A stretch of DNA of 64,000 nucleotides, taken from contig NMRA01000151.1 in the NCBI GenBank assembly GCA_002633005.1, positions 476,400-540,399 of the forward strand, written 5' to 3'. The position numbers were made by a program, and so were the translations under genes. This document shows positions 32,650 through 45,957 of the stretch, one piece after another; position 1 is the first letter of the stretch; every line of letters begins with the position of its first letter. The DNA comes from Phoronis australis (taxonomy: Eukaryota > Animalia > Phoronida). Below the pieces are notes generated by a model. It saw only the letters and a program-made list of their open reading frames with translations. It was not told the origin of the DNA and ran no database searches.

Positions 32650-33520
32650 CGTGAGGATGCCAACTTGTGATTCGAATTCTGTGCGTAATTTGTCACATTG
32701 GTGAGGGATAGTTTCGTTCCCAAAAAGAACAAAACTGGTCTAGTCAATGGTCTGATAAACTGGCCTTTCAAAACATCTAACAGTTGTGACTTGCTTGGTC
32801 GTGAACTTGAGTTTTTAAACATATCTTGGTGCAGAATGGATGCCCAAAACATCTAGCTGACAGGATTTTACGCAACCACTCTAAGACACCTGTGGATATT
32901 TCTTATGGGCCAGAATTGCAAAAAGTATTTCTTAATCTTCCCTTTTTGGTAACAATAGTTGTGTGGTCGAAAGACAGCTTAATGGAGTTCTTGGAGCTAT
33001 TGCTCCATGTCTGCATCATCTAAAATTTTTAAACCTGTTAACAGACTTTTGTCCCTTTCTAGATTAAAAGCAGTATTGAGCAATTCTCAAAGAAGTCATG
33101 CCGTATACCAGCTGTGAAAAATGGGAACAGTTTTACACTGGAATGACCAAAAGTATTCTCAGTATCAGAGTCAAAAAAACACTGTAAAAGACAAACACAG
33201 AGCTGTTCTTAACCATTCATTGACAACTGGTCGCAGTATAGATTACTCTGGTGTTCAGATCTTGGACAAAAGTATTGCCACCCTCAGGTTCCTCATAAAA
33301 GGGACAATGCACATCAGGTTAATTCATGATGAGTGCTATATGAATAGAAACATTGTATCATTTGAGCTCCAACGTTTTTGATTTCTGGTCTGTTCCCTCA
33401 CAATGCATTTTGATGTGTATCTGTGCAGTTTGTTTTCCACCTGTTGCACCTGATAGGAATATTGTGAACTTTTGTCTTTTGTTTTCAGAATGTTTTAGAG
33501 AAAATAAACCGAAACGTCGA
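32650..33520 (+). mobile_element. Penelope-like element remnant (RT C-terminus plus GIY-YIG region)
   Basis: SFVPKKNKTGLV...ELEFL..LVQNGCP, FLNLPF, AVLNHSLTTG..IDYSGVQILD..LIK...MNRN. Confidence 0.8.
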
Positions 33521-33649
33521 TCAACATGTCGTTGTTTACATATGCACTGATTTTCATATGTTAACGAACAACAAATGCACTTTTTTGCTTTTATTTTCGA
33601 TAATTTCATTTTCTATCAGTGTTGCATTTTTCCGCTTTTCGGAAGAATT

Positions 33650-33806
33650 AGAGGCGCAGATCCAGGATTTTGAATTAGGGGTACAGGGCTGAGTAATAGG
33701 CAGGATTTTGCCGTCAGACATTTGCACCCTTCGCACTACCACATGGAATCTGGGATAATTTTTGGAGGGACATGACTCCCTTGGCCGCCCTCTAAATCCG
33801 CCACTA
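33650..33806. mobile_element. Short hAT-type MITE, same family as 16846-17001
   Basis: gatccaggattttg...ctaaatccgccact, sharing the internal block caggattttg(a)ccgtcaga. Confidence 0.6.
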
Positions 33807-33809
33807 CGC

Positions 33810-34295
33810 CAAAACAGACAGACTTCCACGCTCGCACGGTTCAGGCCTTCCTGCACACAAACTTCTATTGTGCACGCTGCTCCTCGCCTACCGATTCCTA
33901 GTCCTGCAGGCGCTCACGGTCGGACCGATCTTACTCCCACACCTGCTTAATTTTGCTCGCAGTGCTACTTCTCACGGACAAACTCGTCGATCAAAGTATG
34001 ATTGACTACTTTCGTATTACTCCTGAAGAAGCATATGGATATGTCGAAATGGAGTGATTTATTTTACATTGGTACCTCTTGACATCTCCACTGGCAGAGA
34101 AGAAAGTGAGGGTGCACGGTTTGTCTGTCTGTCTGTGAGCAACAAAATACGTCCGTGAGACGTAAAAATTGATCCCGGTGGGTTAGATACATGTATGTGA
34201 CTGGGACTCGGAGGAGGAATAGCGTGCGTGAGAGAACAATTCTGTGCGTGAACAGACCTGAGCAGTAAGAGAACGTGGTAGTTAGACTGTTTTCA
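33810..34295. mobile_element. MITE-like element with ~120-bp diverged terminal inverted repeats
   Basis: aaaacagacagacttccacg...ccgattcctagtc mirrors gactgggactcgg...cgtggtagttagactgtttt. Confidence 0.5.
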
Positions 34296-34655
34296 CCAAA
34301 TTTTCACTAAATAAATACTTCCCCCTCTAGTGGGTGGTAGAGTTTGAAAAAGTACTATCCTTTTTATCCTTTTCATTCTACGATGCACTCAATAAGTGCA
34401 TGCAGATGCTCTCTGTTGCATATGTCCTTTACCTTGCCCCTAATCAAAGGGCGAAAGCTAAGATAATCTTTATACCAAATTATCAAAACACTGCACTGAA
34501 CAGATTAGAAATATTTGTTTCATTCTTGGAAATGTGCCAAAACAATTCACTTGACATATTTGTGTAGCATTAAATACGATTTATCTGACTACGTTGACTG
34601 TAAACGTTTCAAACAAGGTAGTATATTCCCTCTGTCATATCTTCATTTATTCCAG

Positions 34656-35830
34656 CTAACGTACCTCTGATTGCGGGCTTTTCTGTGGTCCTGTTGTTGC
34701 TGCTGATTTTGATTCTGGTGCTTGCTTTTCGCATGAGGTGGAATGAGGATTCGGAAGCTCTGGAAGCAAACAACGGCAAAGAAATCTACTATCTGGATGA
34801 TAAAAGCCCCAAAAGGCTTAGAGCATATTCCGCCCGTATAAGTTCAGAGTCATTAGTGAGACCGTTTGACGAAGAACAGGTTCTCGCTGATAGCTTGGAG
34901 CAAATGCTGGAAAGAAAAGGGAACATCAGTGAATATTTTAAGGCGATAAAATATGAACGAGAAAAAGAAGGACCAAAGACAGGAATCGAACATGAGACTG
35001 ATCAGTGGACGCCAACAAGAATTATAACTGGCCTGAAAATTTTTGGAAACACAGCTGCGCGTAAGGGACGAAAACTTCTTTCCAGTTTGATGAAGACAGA
35101 AAAAAAGTCTTGCGAAGAGGTTAATGACCAGGCTCGCGTACAACAAACTGAACGTGAGCTCAAAACTTGGGAAGAGGTTGCGATTGGACATACAGAAGCA
35201 GCGTTGGCAGGCGTTATTGAAGATGATGAAATCGAAGAACTCGCAGTTTTATCTGACAAAAGTTTGGAAGGCGAAGAAAGTGGAAAAAACGCGCAAAAAA
35301 GTGAACCAGAAATGCGCTTTGACGAAGGGAGACCTAAGGTCACCCATCAAAAGAAGGGAAGAAGAAGAAAAAAAATAAAAAGTCAATCTGAAATACCACT
35401 GAAGTCAATTGACAATGTTCTTCCGCACTCAGCATCTCAATTGACGTCTCCGCGACCTCGCCATCTGTCAAGAAAATCGGAAACACTGCAAGAAACTGTT
35501 GGAACGGCAAGGAAACTTTCGAAAAAATCCGACGTCAATGCTTCGCGCACGGAAAAACAGAGTGGAAAGTTAAAACAACGATCAGTAGAAGACATTGATG
35601 CGGCCAAAGAAGACGAGCAGTCGTCGAACGTAATCAAACAGAGTAAGACCAAAGTTCTCCAATCCGTAGTAGCTCATATGCAAGAACACCGCCAACTACT
35701 CGAAACAACGGATGGTAGTGTACCAAAAGAAGCGACGACAACAGTTACCAAGAAGGCCAATGCGTGGTTATTTCCAAAAACACGAGGAGCCAATGAGAAT
35801 AAAAAAGATGGTGCCAAACTAAAGGATTGA
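34656..35830 (+). CDS. Terminal exon: transmembrane helix plus ~365-aa charged cytoplasmic tail
   Basis: Pyrimidine tract then ttccag|CT in phase 1, compatible with the TSP1 exon. Reads TNVPLIAGFSVVLLLLLILILVLAF-RMR (TM plus stop-transfer) and stays open to TGA at 35828-35830. Confidence 0.85.
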
Positions 35831-35887
35831 ACACCGAAAGGGAGAGAATGATTAATTGTTGGAGTTTGAGTATTTTTGTTTCAATTA

Positions 35888-35893
35888 AATAAA
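35888..35893 (+). promoter_or_regulatory. Candidate polyadenylation signal of the receptor gene
   Basis: AATAAA ~60 nt after the stop codon, followed by T/GT-rich sequence. Confidence 0.55.
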
Positions 35894-36335
35894 TGTTTTA
35901 TTTAATCGTTGTATTTAAACTCATCAGAAATTAATTGCTTGTTTGTTTGTATAAGTAATGCATGGCATCTATCCATGTTTAATTATAATCATATTTTACA
36001 GACCAAGGTGGTGTGTCCTCTTCTTAAAATTGAGCACTTTAAACCGACGTCAGTTTTATGCAACACATTTGTGCGCAAAAAACGATAGTCTCTAGTTTTT
36101 CAGACAGTCTCAGATTGAGCTTTAGAAGATGGACGTGTGGTCACGTGTGTCAGCGACCCTGGTTATATATTCAACTGAACACGGAACCTCATCAGTGGTG
36201 ATATCTACATAATTAGTGTAAAGAATTCACGCTGCACATTCTAATTACAGACCATCCATGACCAACCCTTCGGCCACGTGGGTTCCCGAGTCATTACCCT
36301 TTTTGCTGACCACTGAACGTCCCCTCTTTTGTTAA

Positions 36336-37990
36336 AGGAGCATGTCACCCAAAAAACAACCTAATTTGTATCAGTTTAGATCGAGTAGTTCTACTCAATA
36401 ACGACACGTACGGTTGCATTACCTGACACCTGACGGCAGACGGACGTGTTGAAATTGTCCAATGACGTCATCGGTTTCCCACGCAGTCTGTTCAGCAGTT
36501 CATAACACGGGTTACTGGTGTCAGCTTATCGCTTGAAGTGATCGTTTAACACCAATAAATTATCAAACTTATATGTAAAACCCTTAAAAATACACCGAGT
36601 TCTTATAAAAACGTGTTGTTTTATTTCGCACTTACGGATTTATTGGTATTTGGACACACCGTAGCCTACAAAGTTCGCCGGGCAGGCCAATAAGGTCCGT
36701 AGTAGGAGTTTGGGGTCTGTTCTGAGATAATTTCGAAGTATTTTCCATGAGATGCAGACAGGAAAACCTAAATCTGTGTTGTTTAGACTTGTGATTTTTT
36801 GATTTCTAAACACAAAACGCTTGTTATCCTAGCCAGTGGCTCGGAGCCCGATCAGGCCCGTCGCGGCCGGCCGGATTGACTCGTTATCCCGGCCAGTGGC
36901 TCGGAAACTGATCAGACATCACGAACATAAACCAGCCAAAGTTAAGTGGAAACTAAACTTCCAGTCAAGAAAATACTATACTAGTGAGCCAAAGTAATGT
37001 GCACCTGATTATGTTGGTGAATTAGCCACGAAACTGCAAATCTACTTACTCGTCGGGGGCCGCAGCACCGTCAGGGCAGAAGTTGTACATTGACAATCAT
37101 TATTTGAGTAATGTAAAAGGAAATAAAGATTCCCCTAACACCTGGCCGTGGGATGAAAATCGAGTTGTTTCACAACAGTTTCTGCCAGTAAACACTAAAT
37201 TAGCATGAGCTCACACGGCCTCGGTGTCCCGTCAATTAGTTTTATTGCACCTAAAGCCGGTAACGCAGTGATTTATTCATTGCTGGCTTCTCAAATCATT
37301 TGCACTCACTCACGAACACTCCAAAGGCATTGCAAATTGCATCTAATGAGACAGATTTTGTTTCAGTTTTATATAAGTATTGGTTAGGGTGAGAATAATT
37401 CATTTTGAAACAGAACGCTCAGTAATAAACGTCAACATGGCAACTCGCAATCACCGGCCGACTTAGGACTAGGCTAGAGCTCATCAGTCTCGCAGGTGGG
37501 TCGTTAAGTTTTACAGGCTATCAATTCGACCAGGAATACAGTGATGAAGAAATACTAGAGAGGCGCCGTGAACAAGCTCAGACAACGTATGGAGTTATTT
37601 GATAAGTCGGCATTCGTCAGGCACTGTCGACGTCTGCAGGCCACAGACACGGAGATGTTTCACGGCCTCATACTTGCTATTTACAGCGTACATTTCATTC
37701 TTCACTACCATAAGCCACTTTCTAAGCATTTCGGACTTTCGAGGAAGAAAAAAACCATATACCCGCTTTCCTCGCAGCTGCTTAGTTCGGACAAGCGGGA
37801 ACGATGCACCGCAACATAGCGGCATTCACTCTGCATATGAACCACTGACGTCGCTAACGTCGTTTCTCACCTTCCTCACAGGTTAACGCGACACCTCTTG
37901 GCAAGGTAAGGTCGACAGTATGCGAGGCGATGTGGATATGGACCGATTAAGACGGCAAAAAAGACTAATTAAATCTGGTGGCATTATCCT
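36336..37990. mobile_element. Non-autonomous Kolobok element (copy 1) with THAP and KolX-like 5' remnants
   Basis: TTAA|AGGAGCATGTCACC ... GGTGGCATTATCCT|TTAA (11/14 TIR match). Minus-strand THAP remnant at 37595-37825 and plus-strand GYQFDQEYSDEEILERRRE. Confidence 0.8.
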
Positions 37991-38499
37991 TTAATGCTCT
38001 AATCTGTCCAGTGCAGATTGATCAGCACTTTTTGCAAATATGGTTTTAGTTTAAGAAAAGAGCATAAGTTTTGAAGCAAGGTGTCAGGCATCCTAATGAC
38101 GTTCGACGTTACTGAACGAGTTGCCGACTGTGAATAAAGTCGGCAAAAACTATACCGTCAAAGTCAATTAATTAAAAATTGAGTAAAAATAAGACAAACT
38201 ACTACAAAAGAATAGTTTTTGCATGTCTTATAAAATCAGTACTTCAGGTAAATTATTTAAGACGTTATGGTGATTTACAGTGGCACCCCAATTTCCGACT
38301 AGTGCCGAGAAGAGTACCGCAACTCTCGTGATTAAGAATTCCCTTAATAAGAAAAGGTTGCTAATAAAAGAGAATGCCAGTACAACGTGTGAGGTTGGAA
38401 TGTTACCCCTGTTCTGTTCAGGTGTCAAAAATAAAAACTACATTGTCATAATAAATATTGATTAAGTAATTAGTAAGAATAGATCCATTTTAAGTTGCC

Positions 38500-41026
38500 C
38501 AAAATTTGTGCACATTTACTTTTAAATCATGGGGTCAGACTTGTTGACAAGTACTTAAAGTCAAAATCTATTTTTAGACGGTGTTTACAACTTTGGGTTG
38601 TCATAGCCACAAGTACTAGTAGGTAAGGATATAAATAGACAACACACATTAACTGAAAAAATAATTTCTAGAATACGTTTCAACAAACGGGGGAGTTTCA
38701 GGTGTTGCAGATACAGCTTCAGGTTCTGACTCTGTGGACACTTCTCTAGACATCGTTGCCAGTCTTTCACTTTGTGCTACTTCATACCTACAGTTATTAA
38801 CTACGGGTACAGATGTCAAAGCATACAGGTGGTACAATTCGCCACGATAATAACCAAACTACACGAATCACTGTCACAAACATTGTGAGTGCAATTCATT
38901 ACCTAATTTCTGTTGTGAATTGGAATTTGTAACCAAAAATTATCCTCAATTGATGTATTTTTGAATTTTGAAAATACATCAACAAAAGTTTGTGCTTTTA
39001 CTTTGTAAACCTTTGTAGGGCAGCGAAATTTTTATTAATGAGGTTTTAGCAGTGGATGTTCTTCCAGATTTTGCATACTTTCTTTCAAGAAGGTACACTG
39101 TAGGCCTCTTGATCACTCAGATTATAATACCACTTTATGTCAATATACATAGTTCTGCAAATAAGGTACAACAAGATAAACAAGGCTACAAACTGTGTAC
39201 CTACTTTGTAAGTTCTAAATCTAACAAAATGCACGACTTGCCTCTGAAACAGAATTGCTGTCTGAACTGGGCCATAACTGGTGGCACAGATGGTCTTCTA
39301 GGGGCAACAAGAAGCCTTTCGGCAACTCGTACCTCGCACACACTAAACCATCAAAGTCATGCTGCTTTAAGTACCTTTATAACATAGACATGGTCACCTA
39401 AGGAGGCTGTCGATGTCATTCCTTCCAACTACAACAAATATTTTGGTAATCAAGATTTCTTTCTGATACACCATTTGTTCATCTACGATATCTTTTTGCA
39501 CAGTTATGAGTGGTAAAACCCTGGAAGCCGAGTTTCAAGCACTAGCAAACTCTGGAGATCACCTGTGTCGTGCTTTAGTGATTGGTTTACTCTGTCATGG
39601 AGGTCGACCTCGATTTGATTTCAAAACTAACAGCAATGATTAATACATGTACAGAAATGGGCCACTTCCCAGAAAGGGTCAGTCCATGATTTTGTTGCTT
39701 TACCCGATAGTATTTGACCACGATGGCAAGAGTTTATAAGACATTAACATTCTCTTAAGGTTTTCCCTTTTCTGCAAAAGTTAGTAGCAGCAACTTGACA
39801 ATGATGGTCTAATCAATGCGGCACAATTCGCCAAAAAGCTTCCAGCATAAGAAAGGCTTATTGGACCACTGTCGTCTCTACTGCCGTCAGTTGAGACGAT
39901 GGTGCTATCTCAAAGTAGTAATGCTTTGTAATTTGTCTTAGTGTTTCAAGAATTATCAACTGAAAAAAACTAAGCGAGTCGTCAATATATGGCGAACAGT
40001 AAGTGTAATGTTAATATAGGCTTAGCTAATGTCAACAGACAAAGCAACTCGGTGAATTTATATCTGAATCTTTAAGTTAAAACTTTCACACTCTTCACTT
40101 TTTCAGTGAGTTTTCGGACCAATACTTTATTGGATCGAGGTGATTTTAAAGTGCTGGGACAACGCAATGTCCCGATAATTACCGAAGAATATAAAGCAGG
40201 ACCGAACAAATACTTACGCATCAAGCTATCGTTTGGGAAGCTCGGAATTAGCGACCAATAATGCACTTCTAAGAGATTCCCAGCGACCGTGCTCTGTACC
40301 CAAATAAATGCGTCGTTTACTAACTTTCAGGTGCAAGTCTTGCCTTCTTTTCTTTCTAACTGAGTCGGTTAACTTACACGAACGTACCCTTTTCTTGACC
40401 AGCTTTCCACTGTCAGACATCTCGTCTCGTATTGTCTAGTAAAACTCAGCCTGTGACTAATAGCTACGCAGCGCCGTCCTCAGGCACAGTGTAAATGAAT
40501 AATAGTCCACTACAGATCAGCTGAATGATCAAATCTCAAGTATTGGTACAATCATCAAGTATAGGCAGGTAGAAAATGTAACACAGTCACAGATTTGTCT
40601 TACCATGACCATGTTAATCACAAAAACATAAAGAAGCGACTCGAGCACAAATCAGACGTTACCGAGTAGGCCTATTCTGAGTAGGTAACACAACAGAACA
40701 CAAACGTTAGCTCCATCACGGCACGAGGTATAAAGCACATTGGGTTTCCAAGTATTCTCTCCACAACACTGTCCGACTTTATCTTGACACTGACTCAGCT
40801 GTTCGTCTATCGAATGACTGAGCGCATGCGCGCATTTATCATTAGCGAGAGGGAGATTGGCAGGTTTAGGTGGTTACCATACAAGCTTTTCTTCGTACTT
40901 CTTTCAAAAACCATGAATTGGGTGATTTTTTCTGGAAATTCCTTCTCAGGGGGAAGTGAATAACTCTGTAGTAAAGGTTACAAGAAGGTACTTTCGTTAG
41001 GGATCGTTTAAAACGTGCATGCCACT
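38500..41026 (-). mobile_element. Decayed Kolobok-type element with N-terminal RIYLG..RW.SLR motif
   Basis: Terminus TTAA|AGTGGCATGCACG at 41026. ORF 40226-40420 reads MSDSGK...KRRIYLGTEHGRWESLRSALL..NSEL. Left boundary unknown. Confidence 0.5.
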
Positions 41027-42149
41027 TTAAGGGGTCGCCTTTCAAACTAGCTCCTTTCTCGGAGGCCGGAACACGGCGATTGCCCCTTTGCACCCGGCAC
41101 TGCCAACTAATTGCGAGGGGAAAGGGGGTTACTTATTGAGCGTTCGGCGGGAAATACTCCAGATACTCCAGCCATCGACAATGGCTTGGCGGACCAGGCC
41201 GAAACGTCTACTACTATCCGTCAATTATAGACTCTCAGTAAGGGATTTCGTTTTATACCACAGGCGTTGAATCAGTGGAGGGAAATTCGGCCATGTAATA
41301 ATATTTTCCGTATTCACCTCCCGCACTACATGTACTTCAACAGCGACCTCTGACACGGAAACTTCAAAAAGGTAGGGCAATGTCGACTCAACATCGATAG
41401 CCGGTTAAATCATCAAACTTTCGGAAAATAGTTAAAAGTAATGCATTTTCAACAGTGTGAGTAACACTAAACATGCATTCATGTCTCAGTCGTAACATCC
41501 GGAACAGGACTGTTAATTATACATGTACATGTATGGCAGTTCTGTCTCAGTTTTCATTTGCTAAGTATGTCGTCTGCGCCGATTCCTAGGTAAGACTTTG
41601 TAATGTTGTTGTTATTTAACTATTTTCATGAGATGTTACAAGTTCAAAGCACAGTTACCGTTGTGTTAATTTTTGTCATCTATTTTCAAGTAATAAATAG
41701 TTACATTTAAAACTGCTTCTTTTACTAACTAGAGAAAACTTGCAACCTTACGCGCAAGTACATACATATAGGATGTTATCCGCTAAGTGAAGCGTCTGAG
41801 TGAAGTATTTGAAAAATCTGGAGAAAAAATGAAAGAAACTGAGGAATTTGATGCGCATGTGACATTATTCCGCGTATTGACCGAGGCCGAAGGTCTCGTG
41901 GGATATTACTTCATCAACGCCACTCTCGGTAAGTTTTGTGAATATATTTTACCAGTGTGATTGAGAAACAATAATCAACCTATTTCCGAAAGAGGTAATA
42001 TTCGAAATTCATCGAAAAAATTCTTCCAACGGAAAACAATATCAAAACATCCGACCTAAGGTACCAAAATTATAGTACTGAAAAAAAAATAATTTGACTG
42101 CTGCTGAAAATAAACTGAAGAACTTGATGACCACTATTGTTGAATTATA

Positions 42150-42150
42150 C

Positions 42151-42181
<31 letters not shown>

Positions 42182-42350
42182 TGGACAGGGAGCGGGAGAA
42201 GGAGAGAGAGAGGGAGAGGGATCGGGAGAAGGAGAGGGAGAGGGAGCGGGAGAGGGAGAGGGAGAGTGAGAGGGAGAGGGAGAGGAAGCGGAAGAGGGAG
42301 AGGGTGAGGGAGAGGGAGGGGGAGACGGAGAGGGAGACGGAGACGGAGAG
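42150..42350. repeat. Polypurine (GA)n/(GGGAGA)n microsatellite
   Basis: Direct inspection. It produces the ERER/SPSP/SLSL ORFs. Confidence 0.95.
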
Positions 42351-43343
42351 TCGGGTTCTACTTCCACAGACCGTCAGGGCAAAGGTTGTACAGTGACAAT
42401 GATTTTGATAATGTATTTTTGTATTTCTAAATAAAGATTCCCTAACATGTGACCATAGCATATAAAATTGAGTAATTGTTTCACAACAGCTTTCTGTCAG
42501 CTAACATTGAATTAGCATGCGCTCGCATGGCCTCGATGCTCGGTAAATTACCTTTGTTGCCGTCATCAAAAGCCGGTAACGGAGTGGTTTACTCATTGCT
42601 GGCTTCTCGAAACATTTGCACTCACGAGCACTCCAAGGCATTACAAATTGTGTCTTTTGAGACAGACTTTGTTTCAGTTTCATATAAGCATTGGTTAGGA
42701 TCATTTTAGGATGCCGAGAATAATTCATTTTAAAACACAACACAGAATAATAAACGTCTACATGGCAACTCGCCAGGCGCCAATCCCGACTTAGTCAAGA
42801 GCTCACCCGACGATGACTTCACGGATCGGACCGTTAGGTTTCACCGGCTATCAGTTCGAAGCTGAATACATGTACACTGATCAAGAATTACTAGAGAGGC
42901 GCCGTGAACATGCATAGGCAACGGAACGTATGAATAGTTCTTTGGTAAGCCGGAATTCGTCAGAGAAATCGCTATCGACGAAATGCCGGCCCGGCACAGA
43001 CACGGAGATGTTTCACGGCCTCAAACTTGCTATTAACAGCATACCCTTCATTTTTCACTACCGCGAGCCACTTCCTAAGCATATCAGGCTCTCAAGGAAG
43101 TCGAAAAAATGATATACCCGCTTTCTTCGCAGCTTCATAGTTCGGACAAGTGGGAACGATGCACCGCAATATAGTGGCATTCACTCTGCAGACGAACCAC
43201 TGACGTCGCTGCGTCGTTTCTCACCTTCCTCACAGGTTAACGCGACACCTCTCGGCGAGATGAGTTCTACCGTATAAGAGGCGATGTGGATATAGACCTA
43301 TTAAGACGGTAAAAAGAATAATGAAATCAGGTGGCATTCTCCC
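42350..43343. mobile_element. Non-autonomous Kolobok (copy 2, truncated at the GA tract)
   Basis: Collinear with 37050-37990 and ends GGTGGCATTCTCCC|TTAA. THAP on -: MPLYC..CPNY..GISFFRLP..LRKWL..LRVC..HF (frameshifted). Confidence 0.8.
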
Positions 43344-44129
43344 TTAAGTTCTTCAAAGAACTGTTACTCATTAAATCGATTTTTTATTGACTCTGTTATG
43401 CCAAAGCATGAATTGCGGCATATTCCGAGCTGTGAAGTAAGTGGCCTCTGAAATAAAGGAACATCTGTTTTTGCCACGTTATTGCAAAGAATGACAATGT
43501 CTTATTCAAGGGGCCGTGGAATTTATACTGCAAGTTGTGTAGCGTGCTGTTTTTTACGGACGTGGTGACTGCACTGACTTCGTAACATGTTGAGCTGACG
43601 GTAATACTCAAGGTTTTTTCGCAGACAGTACGGTGGTACCTGTTCACAGACATTTGCAATGAATAATTATTCAAAACTTTCGTTAATAGTTTGGAATATA
43701 TCAACTGGTGCAAAACATTGTCTATTTAAGTTCAGCGAGGGCCTTCTCTATTGATTAACTGGATAACTGGTATTTTCACTGAGCGCTTTGTCCTAAAACT
43801 AAACACCTTAGAGTTAGGTTATTCTGAAAAGTGGTGATTAATGCACTACTGTAATTTAGAAACTGTTTCAGGGGCAAACAAGTAGGAAAAGTACCCATGC
43901 GCGTACCCAGGGTGCTGAAATGAGTCCCATATTTGGCAGGTCTGCCTGAGAGAACAAAAGTCCAATAAAAAAGCAAGAAATCAACCAACTTTTCATCAAC
44001 CTTTTTTCATTATTATTTTTGTTAGTCCACTGCGAAAATTTTGAGCCCAACTAACCCCCCTCCCCCTATCCATTTAGTCCGTGTGTGGAAAATCTGCAAT
44101 TTTACTGGAAAATCTGCAAATCTGGTGTT

Positions 44130-44392
44130 CAGAGTACTCCAATACAGGTTTGGTGGTACACAGATCTGATGACACAATCGAGTCTGATGCTGTGCCGCTC
44201 GTGACTACTACTCCAGCACCCCCCAAAAAGCGCAAGAGAAATGAGGAGCCTCAGTGGGTTTCCTCTTACAAGGCAGACCTTAGTGCCATGCATAAAGAAC
44301 GGTTGGAGATGGAAAAGAGACGCGCTGATATTGAGAAGCGACGCGTGGTGGCACTGGAGAGTCTGGTTGAGTGGACAAAAACCCTAAAGTGA
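44130..44392 (+). mobile_element. C-terminal exon of a probable Harbinger Myb/SANT-like partner protein
   Basis: PPKKRKRNEEPQW then a coiled coil (HKERLEMEKRR..ALESL), convergent with the HARBI1-type transposase 3.3 kb away. Confidence 0.5.
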
Positions 44393-44552
44393 AATGTGGT
44401 GCAAAGGTACTCCATTGACTCATTGTCAATGAAAGCCGGGTTTGGCCCCCCTTTCCTTGAGGACGCTGGTGTTGTTTTAACAGTATTAGTTTGTATCACA
44501 AACTCTGGTGTCTGCGTTGTTTATTGTGTTATATTGAACTAGTGGTATAATT

Positions 44553-44599
<47 letters not shown>

Positions 44600-45918
44600 T
44601 CGGGAACCCAATGATCGTTCGCCTAAGCATAAAACCGGCTTGTTGTCGTACTCACCCAATTATTCACTTTCAAAGTTATGCTCTGAATAGGATATGATTT
44701 AACTCTCACAAATATATAGTATTCGTTGGTTAAATCGTTTTTTTACTTATGCCGAGTTTTTCAACTGTGCATTGCTTTTCGGCAGCCATTTTATAATGAC
44801 TCCTATGGTCGTCACATGCTGCCGCCCTTTGAAAAAACAGAGAACCACACAGAAAAAAGCGAAGAAAATAGTGGAAAGTGGTTTACACCAATTCTACTTC
44901 AACCACAAACTGTTTTACTAGTATGATATCGATTTTTAAATCGATTAAAATTGATTTAGAATTTCAGTTCTGGTAAATAAATCGCAATTGTAGTTTTATT
45001 CCAGATAGACCTTACTTTTTTGTATTTGTGACCTCTTTACTTGACTTTTTGCTCTTGTTGTTCTTAACACCACTTATCTCTGCTGTCTTTTTTTCTTTTC
45101 AGTTTTTCTTCATTCTCTGTTAACACCTTGTCAGCCAAAACACAACTGTAACCCTTTGAGACTTTGTCGGCGCAAGTTGATCATTGAACCTCGATACAAT
45201 TGTTCTAATAAATTACCCAATATCGTATTGTTTGATTTTTTCTCACCTTTAACAGGCTTCTGCAATCATAAATAAATAAATAAATACCCAAGTTGCAGTT
45301 GCATTTTATTGCTCAATCTCTTCTTTTATTTTGATTATGTCATGCTGTGTTGTATGTAACAATGCAATATAGTGAAATAAAGTCAATGTTTTACTTTATG
45401 GTGGAAATTCTCTATCAATTCAAGTATTTTAATTTTCTTCAAATAAATTCAAAATGCTTTAGCCAAAAATTTCAACATAAATGTTGAGCTCAGTACTTTG
45501 TTTTGCAATAAAAAATGCGTGGGCCGAAACTCTTAAACACCCAGCGTGTTCCATTTCGCTGCTGCGTTTTTCCTTTGGCCCAACAGGTGTCGGTTAGTAC
45601 CTGGGACAAATAGATACATTGCATAAACAAACCCTGAGTTGTTTTTGTTCCGTCTGAAGAAAATTTAATTTCGAAGATATCTTCTGAAAATGAATAAAAA
45701 AGTGCATTTGTAAAATCTACAAGTTTTTAAGTGGTATCAAATAAGTCGGTAAATGCATTAATTTTAGTCCCAGTCCTTCCATGCGCGTTTTCCCCGAGAG
45801 GTTAGTACCTAACGTGCAGACGAGCACTCCAAATTGGAACGCTAAGTCCTGCGTGGCTGCGCTGCACGCGAAAGAAGATGGCGGACGACATTTGGAGCCT
45901 GACGACGATAGGTATCCG

Positions 45919-45957
<39 letters not shown>

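Noticed and set aside
34740-34960. ITIM/ITAM motifs in the receptor tail
   Set aside because: The tyrosines (EIYYL, RAYSA, SEYFK) do not fit (I/V/L/S)xYxx(L/V/I) or paired YxxL spacing.
34853-35652. Antisense and alternate-frame ORFs over the terminal exon
   Set aside because: They are shadows of the real coding exon with no independent signals.
42042-42461. ERER/SPSP/SLSL ORFs
   Set aside because: They are translations of the GA-rich microsatellite.
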